A stretch of DNA of 64,000 nucleotides from Octopus sinensis (Eukaryota): NCBI RefSeq assembly GCF_006345805.1, contig NC_043000.1, positions 119,226,001 to 119,290,000 on the forward strand, read 5' to 3'. Position numbers and translations under genes: made by a program. This document shows, piece by piece, positions 12,983 to 25,941 of this stretch (position 1 is its first letter; every line of letters begins with the position of its first letter). Below the pieces are notes generated by a model. It was given only the letters and a program-made list of their open reading frames with translations, had not been told where the DNA came from and did not search any database.

Positions 12983-13545
12983 TTGGGTTGTCCGGAAAGT
13001 TCGTATCGATGTATAGTAGCTTACATTTCGACTTAATTTAGAACATGGCTGAGTCCATAAAATAGGATTTGACTACACTTCCATTTAGAGCGCAGTTTAA
13101 GCTATCTTTTCGTGGAAGAAGATTTATGTTCCTATAACCTGTGTTAATTCTCTAACCCTTTAAAATGGAAGATAAGAAAGTTCATTTTCGGTACTTGATG
13201 CTTTGGGAACCAGACAAAAATTGCTGCAGCTCGGCTGGGATGTGTTACCCCACCCTCCATATTAACCAGATATTGCTCCTTCGGATTTCCACTTATTCAG
13301 GTCTCTGCAGAATAGTCTTAATGGTAAAAATTTCAATTCCTTGGATGACGTAAAAGATACCATTGATGAATTCTTTGCCATGATCCACCTCAATTCTGGG
13401 AAGAAGGCATTTTCAAGTTAAGGAAAGATGGATACGCATTGTGCAACAAAATGGTTCATATTGGTTGATTAAAAATATAATGGCAAGTATTTATTGACCA
13501 TTTTCTTTCCTTTCAAAATCAGCACGAACTTTCCAGACAACCCAA
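12983..13545 (+). mobile_element. Internally deleted mariner element
   Basis: TIRs ttgggttgtccggaaagttcgt / acgaactttccagacaacccaa flanked by TA. Encodes MEDKKVHFRYLMLW joined to KLLQLGWDVLPHPPY*PDIAPSDFHLFRSLQ. Confidence 0.9.
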
Positions 13546-13547
13546 TA

Positions 13548-14040
13548 CTCAATTCATCGATCCCGAACGGACGAAAAGCAAAGTGGAACTCGGCGGAATT
13601 TCAACTCAGAACGTGGCGAAATACCTATTTCTTTATTACCCACAAGGGGCTAAACATAGAGGAGACAAGCAAGGACAGACATAGGTATTAAGTCGATTAC
13701 ATCGACCCCAGTGTGTAACTGGTACTTAATTTATCGACCCCGAAAGGATGAGAGGCAAAGTCGACCCCGGTGGAATTTGAACTCACAAAGTAAAGACAGA
13801 CGAAATACCTATTTCTTTACTACCCACAAGGGACTAAACACAGAGAGGACAAACAAGGACAGAGAAACGGATTAAGTCGATTATATCGACCCCAGTGCGT
13901 AACTGGTACTTAATTTATCGAACCTGAAAGGATGAAAGGCAAAGTCGACCTCTGCGGAATTTGAACTCAGAACGTAGCGATGGGCAAAATACCGCTACGC
14001 ATTTCGCCCGGCGTGCTAACGATTCTGCCAGCTCGCCGTC
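13548..14040 (-). mobile_element. SINE family B concatemer
   Basis: One head at about 14040 followed by repeated head-less units joined at gaaataggtatttcg. Confidence 0.8.
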
Positions 14041-14471
14041 TTAAGTGAAATAAGATAATATCTTCATACGTCATCGGTCAACGATAACACTATGTTTTAT
14101 TCATATTATAATTCAGTTAAAGGTTTACTTGAAAATGTATTGAAGCACAAATATTGTGCCTTGTTTATCTTTCTTTTTTTTTATCTTTTACTTGTTTCAG
14201 TCATTGTACTGAAGCCTTGTTTGGGCACCGCCTTGAATATTTTGCCGAATCACTAATTTACAAGGACAAAAACAAACCAGTGCCCGTTGTTAAGCGATAG
14301 AGAGATGCGAGCAGAAGCACAAAGACACACACACATCCAAATTTATGTGTGTGTTGTGTGTGTGTGTGTGTGTGTGGTGTGGTGTGTGTGTGTGTGTGTG
14401 TGTGTGTGTGGTTTGTGTGGTGTGTGCGTGTTGTGTGTGTGTTTCTGTGTATCTATATATATATATATATA

Positions 14472-14869
14472 CTAGCAGTATAGCCCGGCGTTGCTCGGGT
14501 TTGTTTTCTTTTCGACCCTTTAGGATAGGAATTTTTGAAAAGTAAAAATTTTGCATTATGTAGCTTGTTATTCTCTTTAAGTGGACATTTTTCTGTTTGA
14601 AAAATGGCGATACGGCAGTAAAAAAATCGTAAAAAATAGGGATTTTCATAGAAAAAAAGCACCTTTTTGATGTAAATAATTTTTGGTCTTAACATGGTCC
14701 GATTTGAATTTTTTCTTCTACGGAATGAAGAGCAAGCCTTCTTCTATCATACTCTTAATTTTAGTCAACTTGCGCCGCAGAGACTCATAGGGGATAGTGT
14801 TGGTTGAAGGCTACCAAACCTGCCACATACACACACACACACAGACAAGTTCAGTTTTATATACATAGA
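14472..14869 (-). mobile_element. Non-autonomous Helitron, second subfamily
   Basis: Minus strand reads A|TCTATGTATATAAAA ... CCCGAGCAACGCCGGG-ctatactg-CTAG|T. Confidence 0.8.
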
Positions 14870-15484
14870 TATATTTATAGGCGCAGGCGTGGCTGCATGG
14901 TAAGAGGCTTGCTTCCCAACCACATGGTTCCGGGTTCTGTCCCACTGTATAGCAACTTCGGCAAGTGTCTTCTACAATAGTTTCAGGCCCTGTGCGTGAA
15001 TTTATTTTCATTTATTTATTTAGTTATTTATTTATTTATCTATATGTTGGTGTGCTGACGGTCCCGTTAACTTAGCGTTTCGGCAAAAGTCACCGATAGA
15101 ATAAGGTCTGGGGTCAATTACTTCGACTAAAAAGCTTTTAAGACGGCGCTCCAGCATGGCCGCAGTCAAATGGCTGAAATAATGGAACATAAAAGAATAA
15201 AAGAAAAGAATAAAAGAATATATATATATATATATATAATATATATATATATATTATATATATATATATATAATGTATGTATGTATGTATATATATATAT
15301 ATATATTCTCTCTTGTTTATTTCAACCTGTCCCTTCTGCTAAAGAGCATAGGCTCGAAACCTAAAATATTTTCTCGCCTTCCCGATCCTTAAACTAAAAC
15401 ACCTGTTTGTTGTTTATACACCTGCCTTCGTCTTGATTTCTGTAAATTTCAACTATATATATATATATAGTGTGTGTGTGTGTG

Positions 15485-15525
<41 letters not shown>

Positions 15526-15566
15526 TGTGTCTGTGTGTCTGTGTGTCTATGTGTGTCTGTGTATGT

Positions 15567-15608
<42 letters not shown>

Positions 15609-15639
15609 AATGTTGAAAAGGAACACATAAGTTGATATA

Positions 15640-16052
15640 CTCTTTTAGTCTTTTACCTGTTTCAGTCATTTGACTGCGGCCATGCTGAAGCACCGCCTTT
15701 AGTCGAGCAAATGGACCCCAGGACTTATACTTTGTAAGCCTAGTACTTATTCTATCAGTCTCTTTTGCCGAACCGCTAAATTACGGGGACGTAAACGCAC
15801 CAACATCGGTTGTCAAGTGATGTTGGGGGGAGCAAACACAGACACACAAATATATACACACACACACATACATATATGTATATATATATATACATATATA
15901 CGACGGGCTTCTTTCAGTTTCCATCTACCAAATCCACTCACAAGGCTTTGGTCGGCCCGAGACTATAGTAGAAGACACTTGCCCAAGGTGCCACTGAGTG
16001 GGACTGAACCTGGAGCCATGTGGTTCGTAAGCAAGCTACTTACCACACAGCC
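15640..16052 (-). mobile_element. SINE family A, near full length
   Basis: A box tggctgtgtgg, B box ggttcagtccc, internal (TA)/(TG) tract, taaaagag tail. Confidence 0.85.
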
Positions 16053-16056
16053 AATA

Positions 16057-16228
16057 AGACCAGGTAGAAAATGCTAAAACAATCTTATCAGGAAGAACAT
16101 TTTAGTACTGGTTTAAGTCTTTGCGACTTTTTCGACTTAGAGTAAAGCATGAAAGACAATTAAATTGTGGAAAAATGAAATGTTTTTTTCAAATATTTCC
16201 ATGGGTTTCAAATGCAAGGGACATTTTC
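16057..16228 (+). repeat. Unclassified interspersed repeat
   Basis: Homologous to 32034-32210 (ggtagaaaatg...agagtaaagcatgaaag...aaatgcaagggacatt). Confidence 0.7.
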
Positions 16229-16399
16229 CTTTTTTCTGTCTGTCTCTGTCTCTTTTTTTTTTTACTTCTGTGGATTCTAGGTAGTTAGCAGCACATATTA
16301 TGTGTGTATACACATATATATTTGTCTGTGTGTGTATGTGTGTGTGTGTGAGTGTGTGTAAATATATATATGTACCTATATTTTTGTATTTCGAGAGGG

Positions 16400-16680
16400 T
16401 AATTTTTTTTGCCAAATAAACTCATGCACTATATATCCGTTCTTCACTATTTTATTACAGTATTTATCCTTTCTCAGACCCATTGTCCGGAATTCTTTTG
16501 TCAGACATCTGTGAACTCTTCAGCAACACTTCCCGTCTTAGTGTGTTCTCTTGCTCCACTTATTTCATTCTGTTCTGCTAAGATTTCCGGACAGTGGAAA
16601 TGAGTTAGAAAAAGAACAGTAATAAACGAGTGAAGAACGAATATATAGTCAGTGTGTTTATTTAGCAAAAAAAAAAAAAG
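16400..16680. repeat. Degenerate MITE-like inverted repeat
   Basis: Imperfect arms of about 100 bp (gcactatatatccgttcttcact / agtgaagaacgaatatatagtc). Confidence 0.6.
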
Positions 16681-16758
16681 ACCGTCCCGAAATACAACAA
16701 TATCTGTTTCAACACACGATTTCATATCAGGAGTCTTGCAAAAAAATTCATAAACGTT

Positions 16759-16813
<55 letters not shown>

Positions 16814-16846
16814 TATATATATAGTTATATAGATAGATAGATAGAT

Positions 16847-16896
<50 letters not shown>

Positions 16897-17001
16897 GATA
16901 GATAGATAGATAGATAGATAGATCGATAGATATATAGATATACATACATATATATGTATGTATGTATATGTATATATATATAATTCATAAACGTATGTAC
17001 T

Positions 17002-17037
<36 letters not shown>

Positions 17038-17771
17038 ACGGATTTCTACAGATTTCTAATGTGAACTAAATTCATCATTCACAAAGCACTGGTTGACCTG
17101 AAGCTGTAGTAGAAGAGACTATTTCGAGGTTACACCTGAAATTATGTGTTTGTAAAGCGAGCTTCTTGACAATACAGCTATGCCGGCGCCAGTTATATTT
17201 TATTTGAAAAATAAAAAAACGCAAGAATAAATCATGACTGTCCTCTACTAAAAACGCGGGAGAACAAAAGTGAATAAGCAGGACAAGAGGAGACACAGGG
17301 AATAGAGGGTCACACTAATGGGGCCACAGAATATGTGACGAAAGAACTTTCACAAAATGTAGTAAACTGAAAATAATTCGAAAGTAAAGAGAGGATCAAA
17401 TAAATAGTGCGTCTGTTTAATTGGCAAAACGAAACCCATCCCCACGTATAACAATGATTAATGTGTAACATTAAAAGTTTAACGAGAGATCAACTAAATA
17501 TAGCTGGAGATAAAACAACACCAATGGTAAAGAAATCTGCAATTATGGAGTAATGCATCATAGTTTTAATGTCAATAAACACACCTTGCTTTATCGCGAC
17601 GTTGAAAGTATTTTTGAATACACAAGGAAAGGCAACAGGATATCCGGATATTAGCTGAATGTCGCTCTGCCAGTAAAAGATATCTTCATATTTCAAAATA
17701 ACATTTCCTTATATGCTTCCTTAAGACTGCATTTGTTTAACTTTTTCCGCTAGTTATGAGCATGTTCATGC

Positions 17772-17838
<67 letters not shown>

Positions 17839-18012
17839 TATATTAATAGTACTGCTATCGTAGTCTCCTTCAGAGAGACTTAGAAATATTAATTTCTATT
17901 TATGTATATATTTAATGTAGGATAAAATTTTTTCGAAAAAAAAATTTTATTAATGGCCAGCATATCAAAAAGTACCTTTAACGGTTAAATTTATAAACAA
18001 CTTATAAATAAG

Positions 18013-18437
18013 GGCGTAGGAGTGGCTGTGTGGTAAGTAGCTTGCTTACCAACCACATGGTTCTGGGTTCAGTCCTGCTACGCGGCACCTTGGGCAAGTG
18101 TCTTCTACTATACCCTCGGGCCGACCAAAGCCTTGTGAGTGGATTTGGTAGATGGAAACTGAAAGAAGCCCGTCGTATATATGTATATGTATATATATAT
18201 ATATGTATGTGTGTGTGTATGTTTGTGTGTCTGTATTTGTCCCCCCAACATCGCTTGACAACCGATGCTGGTGTGTTTACGTCCCCGTAACTTAGAGGTT
18301 CGGCAAAAGAGACCGACAAAATAAGTACTAGGCTTACAAAGAATAAGTCTGGGGTCGATTTGCTCGACTAAAGGCGGTGCTCCAGCATGGCCACAGTCAA
18401 ATGACTGAAACAAGTAAAAGAGTAAAAGAGTAAAAGA
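18013..18437 (+). mobile_element. SINE family A, full length
   Basis: tRNA-like head with A and B boxes, central ccttgggcaagtgtcttc domain, internal microsatellite, (AGTAAAAG)n tail. Confidence 0.9.
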
Positions 18438-18574
18438 AGGGCAAACGAAAAATATTTTCTAATGCCAATATGCCGAAATTAGACACATAGTCCATACCAT
18501 ATAATTATATGGTTATGGACTATGTGTCTAATTTCGGCATATTTGGCATTAGAAATATTTTTTCGTTTGCCCTT
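18437..18574. repeat. Zero-spacer palindrome with arms of about 68 bp
   Basis: Centre ccatataa|ttatatgg at 18504/18505. Confidence 0.9.
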
Positions 18575-18589
18575 ATTTATAAGTTGTTC

Positions 18590-18620
<31 letters not shown>

Positions 18621-18765
18621 CATAAATGTGTGTATGTGTGTATAAGTTATGAAAGGTATTGATATCCAGAAGACCCAAGGTGACAGATAACGTTACGTAA
18701 GTGCTATGGAAGGACCGTAGTTAAACTTTCGGTTCGATAATAATACGAGTGAGGAGTCTAAAGCG

Positions 18766-19041
18766 GGTCTTGTATGAGCAGGTATACGTTAAATAAAAAT
18801 GCGTCAACAAAGCCAAGGCTGTATGGAATTTTCAGGACATTTTTATAAATGTCCTGAAAAGTCCACACAACTTTGGCTTTGTTGTCTTATTTTATCTAAT
18901 ACACACACACACACAGAGTTATGGCTGTGTACTAAGTTTGTTTACAAATGACATTGTTCAAGGTTTAGTCCACTTCTCGACCAAATCTCTTCAGATTCTG
19001 AGTAGATTTGATACCCAAAATCTAGAAGCCCGTCGAGTGTG

Positions 19042-19085
<44 letters not shown>

Positions 19086-20081
19086 TGTGTGTGTGTTTGT
19101 GTGTATGTGTCTTTGTGTTTGTGTTCCATCACAGCTTGACAACCGATGCTGGTTTGTTCACGTCTCCATAAATTAGCGATTAGATAGAATAGGTACAGGG
19201 CTTAGCAAAAATAAAATAAGTTCTGAGATATATATGTGCGTGTGTGTGTGTCGCAAGTACATTTATGTATTTTTATATCTCTCTTTTACTTGTTTCAGTC
19301 ATTTGGCTGCGGCCATGCTGGAGCACCGCCTTTAGTCGAGCAAATCGATCCCAGGACTTATTCTTTGTAAGCCTAGTACTTATTCTATCGGTCTCTTTTG
19401 CCAAACCGCTAAATTACGGGGACGTAAACACACCAGCATCGGTTGTCAAGCGATGTTGGGGGGGGGGACAAACACAGACACACAAACACACACATACATA
19501 TATATACATATATATGACGGGATTCTTTCAGTTTCCATCAACCAAATCCACTCACAAGGCTTTGGTCGGCCCGAGGCTATAGTAGAAGACACTTGCCCAA
19601 GGTGCCACGCAGTGGGACTGAACTCGGAACCATGTGGCGGTAACCATGTGGCAGGAGTGGCTGTGTAGTAAGTAGCTTGCTTACCAGCCACATGGTTCCG
19701 GGTTCAGTACCAGTGCGTGGCACCTTGGGCAAGTGTCTTCTACTATAGCCTCGGGCCGACCAAAGCCTTGTGAGTGGATTTGGTTGATGGAAACTGAAAG
19801 AAGCCCGTCATATATATGTATATATCTGTATGTGTGTGTTTGTGTGTATGTGTTTGCCCCCCCACCACCACCACCAACATCGCTTGACAACCGATGCTGG
19901 TGTGTTTACGTCCCCGTAATTTAGCGGTTTGGCAAAAGAGACAGATTGAATAAGTACTAGGCTTACAAAGAATAAGTCCTAGGGTCGATTTGCTCGACTA
20001 AAGGCGGTGCTCCAGCATGGCCGTAGCCAAATGCCTGAAACAAGTAAAAGAGAGATATAAAAATACATAAATGTACTTGCG

Positions 20082-20117
<36 letters not shown>

Positions 20118-20248
20118 CTCAGAACTTATTTTATTTCTGCTAAGCCCTGTACCTATTCTATCTAATCGCTAATTTACGGAGACGTGAACAAACCAGCATC
20201 GGTTGTCAAGCTGTGATGGAACACAAACACAAAGATACATACACACAA

Positions 20249-20279
<31 letters not shown>

Positions 20280-20403
20280 CACACTCGACGGGCTTCTAGA
20301 TTTTGGGTATCAAATCTACTCACGGAATCTGAAGAGACTTGGTCGAAAAGTGGACTAAACCTTGAACAATGTCATTTGTAAACAAACTTAATACACAGCC
20401 ATA

Positions 20404-20485
<82 letters not shown>

Positions 20486-20665
20486 CGTGTGTGTGTGTGT
20501 GTGTATGTGTGTGTGTGTGTGTGTGTATTAGATAAAATGAGACAACAAAGCCAAGTTTGTGTGGACTTTTCAGGACATTTATAAAGAGAAATGTCCTGAA
20601 AATTCCATACTGCCTTGGCTTTGTTGACGCATTTTTATTTAACATATACCTGCTCATACACGACC
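18766..20665. repeat. 1.9-kb inverted duplication
   Basis: The left arm (18766-19636) is the reverse complement of the right arm (about 19689-20665), including the non-SINE flanks. Confidence 0.9.
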
Positions 20666-20761
20666 TATGTATATTGTGGAGTATTCCAAAGCTTTGAAAT
20701 AAACTGAGTGAATATAAACACTGACCATTAAAATCAGTTCCCTTTCTTGGTTTTATATATA

Positions 20762-20978
20762 TATTTGGAGAGAAGATTTTTTTATCAAGGAGTTAAGATT
20801 GAGAACAGAACCTTTTTAGAAAGTCGAAAGACACTAACCTTTGGGAAGATATTTCACAAAAGCAAAGCCTACACACGTTTTGTGAAACCCCTTCCCAAAG
20901 GTTAGTGTCTTTCGTCTTTCTAAAAAGGTTCTTTTCTCAATCTTAAATCTTGATAAAAAAAAATCTTCTCTCCAAATA
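20762..20978. repeat. Fold-back / MITE-like hairpin
   Basis: Arms tatttggagagaagattttttt...ctttgggaag / cttcccaaag...aaaatcttctctccaaata, with an inner stem tttcacaaaa/ttttgtgaaa. Confidence 0.85.
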
Positions 20979-21043
20979 ATATAACTGTATCAAGGAATTT
21001 CCAAAACACTCTAAAGATATATATATGTATATATATCTATATA

Positions 21044-21106
<63 letters not shown>

Positions 21107-22298
21107 ACTGGCTTCTTTCAGTTTCCGTCTACGAAATCCGCTCACAAGGCTTCGTTCGTCGAGTCTGTAGTGCCACAGAGTAGGACTGAACTCGGAACCA
21201 TATGTTTGGGAATCAAACTTCGTAACACAAACCCACGCCCGCGCTTATAAACCACCGAGGTTTTTATTATCTTTCCCTTGGGGATTTTTTTCCTTTGTTT
21301 CTGCATCGCCCCAACCTTCACCTGCCCTCCTCTCCCCACCACCACCACCACAATAGAAGTGAGTGCTTCAGCATCCCTCACTTATAAAATCAAGAACTGA
21401 GCCATATCCTTCACCATTTCTTCAGCTTCAACTAGCGATGGTTATAGAAACAACAGATTCAGGGATCTGCTATCGTTGTGTTTGGTTCTGCCCCTCTTTA
21501 CCGCTCTCTTTCTGACTTTTTCGCTCTTCGGCGCAGAAGGCCCACGAGTGGATCTTACAACAGAAAGTGTAACATTGGGTTTTTGTTGCTGCACCTATAA
21601 CGATATACAGTTCTGAAATGGTTCTCTTTACCCTTCAGGACTTGCAAATTCATGTTAACCATTCCCGACTAATTATCAATCTCTCACTACCTCCGCATTA
21701 CCACCTGGTCTTATTGAGTTATTGCGATAGTAAGATAGTACAATATCTACCCGCACATATGTTATGTATCGCGTTATCTATGCTTGAAGTTTAGCCTCTA
21801 TGGCAGCCTTAAGAATCGGGAAGGAACAACATAATGTCTTACTTTTATGCATGGACACTTTATCTTTCCACGCATCGTACATGAAAGAAAAGAAAAAAGT
21901 TCACTCCTCTCTACAAAGCTATGACTTGTTATTGTTGTTAAGTAAGTTTCTAAACTTATTCTCAACGCTGCCATTGTTCATTTAGTTTCTTGTTTCGGTC
22001 ATTGCACAGCAGTCATGTTGGAGTACGACCTTGAGAAACTTTCGCTGATCATGCCGAACATAGTTTAAACCTCTTTCTGTCTGCCAAACTGAAAAGAAAT
22101 GATACACAAGAGCAACATGAAAACTGACACAGAGCCAGACACGTAAACATACACACGGGCCCGCACGCACACAGACACACATTATATAGGTGTGGGTAGC
22201 TATATGCATACATACATATTATTTATATATACATATATGTGTATATATGTGTGTGTGTGTGTGAGTGTGTGAGTGTGTATATATATATATATATATAC

Positions 22299-22351
<53 letters not shown>

Positions 22352-22379
22352 ATATATATATATATATAAGTAATATGTA

Positions 22380-22720
22380 AATGTATGTATATATACATGC
22401 TTTTATAGATACATGACATCAAAAAAACTTTGAACACAATGAGAAACGAAAACATAAAAACAAAAACATAGAAAACGAACTTTTTTTCGAACAACGAAAC
22501 AAACAAACAGAGAAACGAGACATGCAACATAAAGAATATTCCCCGTCATCAATTGTCCCTGTTTCATCTACTCCGCGTTTCGAAAGTAAGGACAATACGC
22601 GACATCGTTGAAACAATCCTTCCCGCAAAGCAAATTAACTAAAATTTGAGATTTCTTGCAAAGGGTAAAAGTGGTAACAAGAACAAGACAGTGAGAACAA
22701 GACATTAAAAACAAACATGA
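22380..22720 (-). repeat. Interspersed repeat, same family as 2620-2990
   Basis: Reverse-complement similarity to 2620-2990. Confidence 0.6.
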
Positions 22721-23109
22721 AGGTCGACTTTTCAAAACTTATTTCAAACAAACGTTCATATATTCCTTACTAACCGACTCACATATCATTTTTGGATGCT
22801 GTTTATTTGCTTATTTCTTTTTCTTCCATGTTTATGACTGTACGTGTTCATTTCAGTATGTACATCAAAGAATTAAATTGATGTTTTCCTGTTGCACAAG
22901 TTTTAATTACACCTCGCTAATAATTTGAAACAGTGAAAGTTTACATACATTTGCTAAATGGTCGTATTTTCTGTGTTGTTTTACAGAACCTCGAGTTTTT
23001 AGACACCATGCGCATATACCTGTTGCCATCATTCTGTGAAAATTTCGTTGAATCCCAACGAGTAGTTTATAAATAATGTTACGTTGTTCATAATTTGAAA
23101 TGCATTGTA

Positions 23110-23179
<70 letters not shown>

Positions 23180-23185
<6 letters not shown>

Positions 23186-23353
23186 AGGGATGACCACTAA
23201 GTGAACATCCATTATGCTAGAAGTCGATCCCCTACGGTCTTACTACGAAGAAAGGACTGTTCTCAAGAAAATTTAGCAAACACCAGAAGGTAAGACCATA
23301 GGGAGTCGACTTCTAGCATAATGGATGTCCACTTAGTTGTCATCCCTCTTATA
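23180..23353. mobile_element. MITE with TIRs of about 55 bp
   Basis: tataagagggatgaccactaagtg...ggtcttac / gtaagacc...cacttagttgtcatccctcttata; related to 49210-49651. Confidence 0.75.
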
Positions 23354-24164
23354 GGTATGTAATATATTTTTTCTGAATCTTCAGATGTTTCTATATGCTA
23401 GACCACTGGTTTTAAATTGATATTAATCAAATTAATATTCAATTTTTCACCCTTATTATTTTTAAATTTATATATATATATATAACACCAAAGGGGTTTC
23501 TTCATAATATTCGGGACGATTAGAAGTTTGAGTTTGAAATAAAAACATAAGGGAAAAGCGGCGTAGAATACACATTTTTTTTTCGTCCATCTTATTATGA
23601 AGATCTTGAAAATTCTAGTCTGTGAATAGCACCATTTCATTCTTATGACAGGCTTCCGTCCAGCTTATGTTAGCCAATTTCACTTATTATGACATTGGTC
23701 AACACCGGGTCGTAATAAGAGACTCTTGCCCCAAATGTCTCACAACAGGACGGCACCTCAATCCACCTGGTGGCGTAGGAAACAACTTAACCAAGCAACC
23801 ATTCTCATTCCCCTCATTTCCTCCCAGTTAAATCGTATCTGTCTTGACAGCAAAGTATTCGTGTTCGTGTTCTTTCTTATTTTGCTTGCAATGCAGTTGT
23901 CAACATTTTCCTTTGAGGGCCATTACTTTGTAAACATGTTTTGTTAAAAGCAAGTAGATCAAGACCCAGACTAAGTTACTCGCTTTTTCTTATCTTGTTT
24001 CTATGCAATACAACACCCACAAAAGCATCCAATTGTCGAAAAGCAAAATTCAAATATAGGCGTGGCAGGTAAAACAGGTCTTGACAAGACGAGAAATAAC
24101 AACAACAACAACAACAATAATAATATTAATAATAATAATTATTATAATAATAATAATAATAATA

Positions 24165-24215
<51 letters not shown>

Positions 24216-24216
24216 C

Positions 24217-25941
24217 AATGAATTCCTAAATGCTGGTGAAGTAAAAATTTCATGTGGCATTTTCCAGGGTGACTCACTGACACCACTCCTATTTTGTTTA
24301 GCCTTAATACCTCTCTCAAAACTGCTCAATGACGCGCAGTACGGGTATAAAATGTTTGATAAAAATATAAATCATCTCATTTACATGGACGATTTAAAGC
24401 TTTTTGCAAAAAATGACCAACAACTCAAGGGTTTACTAGCGATAGTCAAACAATTCAGTGACGACATCGGAATGCAATTTGGCCTCGATAAATGTGCAAA
24501 AGCTACCTTTATCAAAGGAAAAATGACAGAAACATCTAACGTTAACATTGACCAGCAGAATGTCATAAAAGAACTAGACCCAGCGGAGAGCTACAAGTAC
24601 CTAGGGGTAATTGAAGGGGACGGAATAAGGCATTCAGAGATGAAGGAAAGGGTCAGGAGAGAATGTTATCGAAGAGTGAGAGCAATACTCAAGACAGAGC
24701 TGAAGGCAAGAAACAGGATCGAATCGATCAATGCATTAGCCATACCAGTCGTGACTTACAGTTTCAATATCGTTAACTGGTCAATTACTGAAATATGTCA
24801 GCTTGACAGAAAAATACGAAAACTGTTGACAATGCATAGAATACACCACCCTAAGGCAGATATAGAACGACTTTATCTGCCAAGAAAAGAGGGAGGCCGT
24901 GGTCTTTTACAACTGGCAATAACAATGAAGATTGCTACAATTGACCTAGACACCTACCTGAAAAAGTCTGAGGACTGGATGTTAAAACTTGTCTCAAAAC
25001 ATGAAAACAAGAAAGCATCATACTCAGTAACAAAACAGGCAAAGGAATATCTATGTGAATTCCGAATACAACAAATTTCGGAATTAGAGATAGTCATACA
25101 AGAAACAAGCACAGAAAAAGCTAAGCGCATGAAAACCCGAGCTAAAACTGCGGCCTTAGATATTCTGAATAATAAATGGCAAGAAAAACCTCTCTATGGC
25201 AAATACCCAAAGAGAGCGAATAATGCAGATATTGACAAATCCCTGACCCATCAATGGCTAATGGCCTCTGGCTTAAAATCTGAAACAGAAGGGTTTATCA
25301 TAGCAGCTCAAGATCAATGTCTACCAATAAGAAACTACCAGGCCAACATATTAAAGAACGGCAGTAGCCCAACATGTTGTTGATGTCGACAACAAAATGA
25401 GACCATTGATCATGTTGTCTCCAAGTGCAGTCTTCTAGCACCTACAGAGTACCTCAACAGGCATGACAGAGCTGCACAATATATTTACTGGGTAATTTGC
25501 AAAAACCTGGATTTGCCCCATGAAAAGAACTGGTGGGAACACAATCCACCTCCAGTGCTTGAAAATGACCACATCTCACCCCTCTGGAACTTCACCATTC
25601 AAACTGACAGAAAGATAGATGCAAACAGGCCAGACATCATATTGAAAGACTTCAGACAAAGAACATGCCTCCTCATTGATATGAGTGTCCCAATCGATAT
25701 AAACGTATCTGTCAAGACCTACAAAAAACTGAGCAAATATAAAGATCTTGAAATAGAAATCAGCAAGATGTGGAACCTTAAGACTAAAACAATACCTGTT
25801 GTCATAGGTGCCCTGGGAATGATAGCGAAAGGGGCTGATTGCTACCTAACTCAGATACCAGGAAACCCCAAAATGGCAGAAATTCAAAAGATAGTGCTCA
25901 TGGGAACTGCTCATATCCTACGCAAAATACTCTCTATGTAA
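24217..25941 (+). pseudogene. LINE RT/endonuclease ORF remnant with one premature stop
   Basis: ORFs 24352-25383 and 25513-25941 are in the same frame, separated only by a TGA within the Zn-knuckle. Confidence 0.9.

Noticed and set aside
18013-18085. tRNA genes at SINE heads (also 4045, 48547, 51381)
   Set aside because: A and B boxes are present, but there is no complete cloverleaf and the heads run into SINE bodies.
22987-23061. Exon candidate after a strong acceptor (gttgttttacag)
   Set aside because: There is only a weak donor (cga|gtagtt), and the peptide is not recognised.
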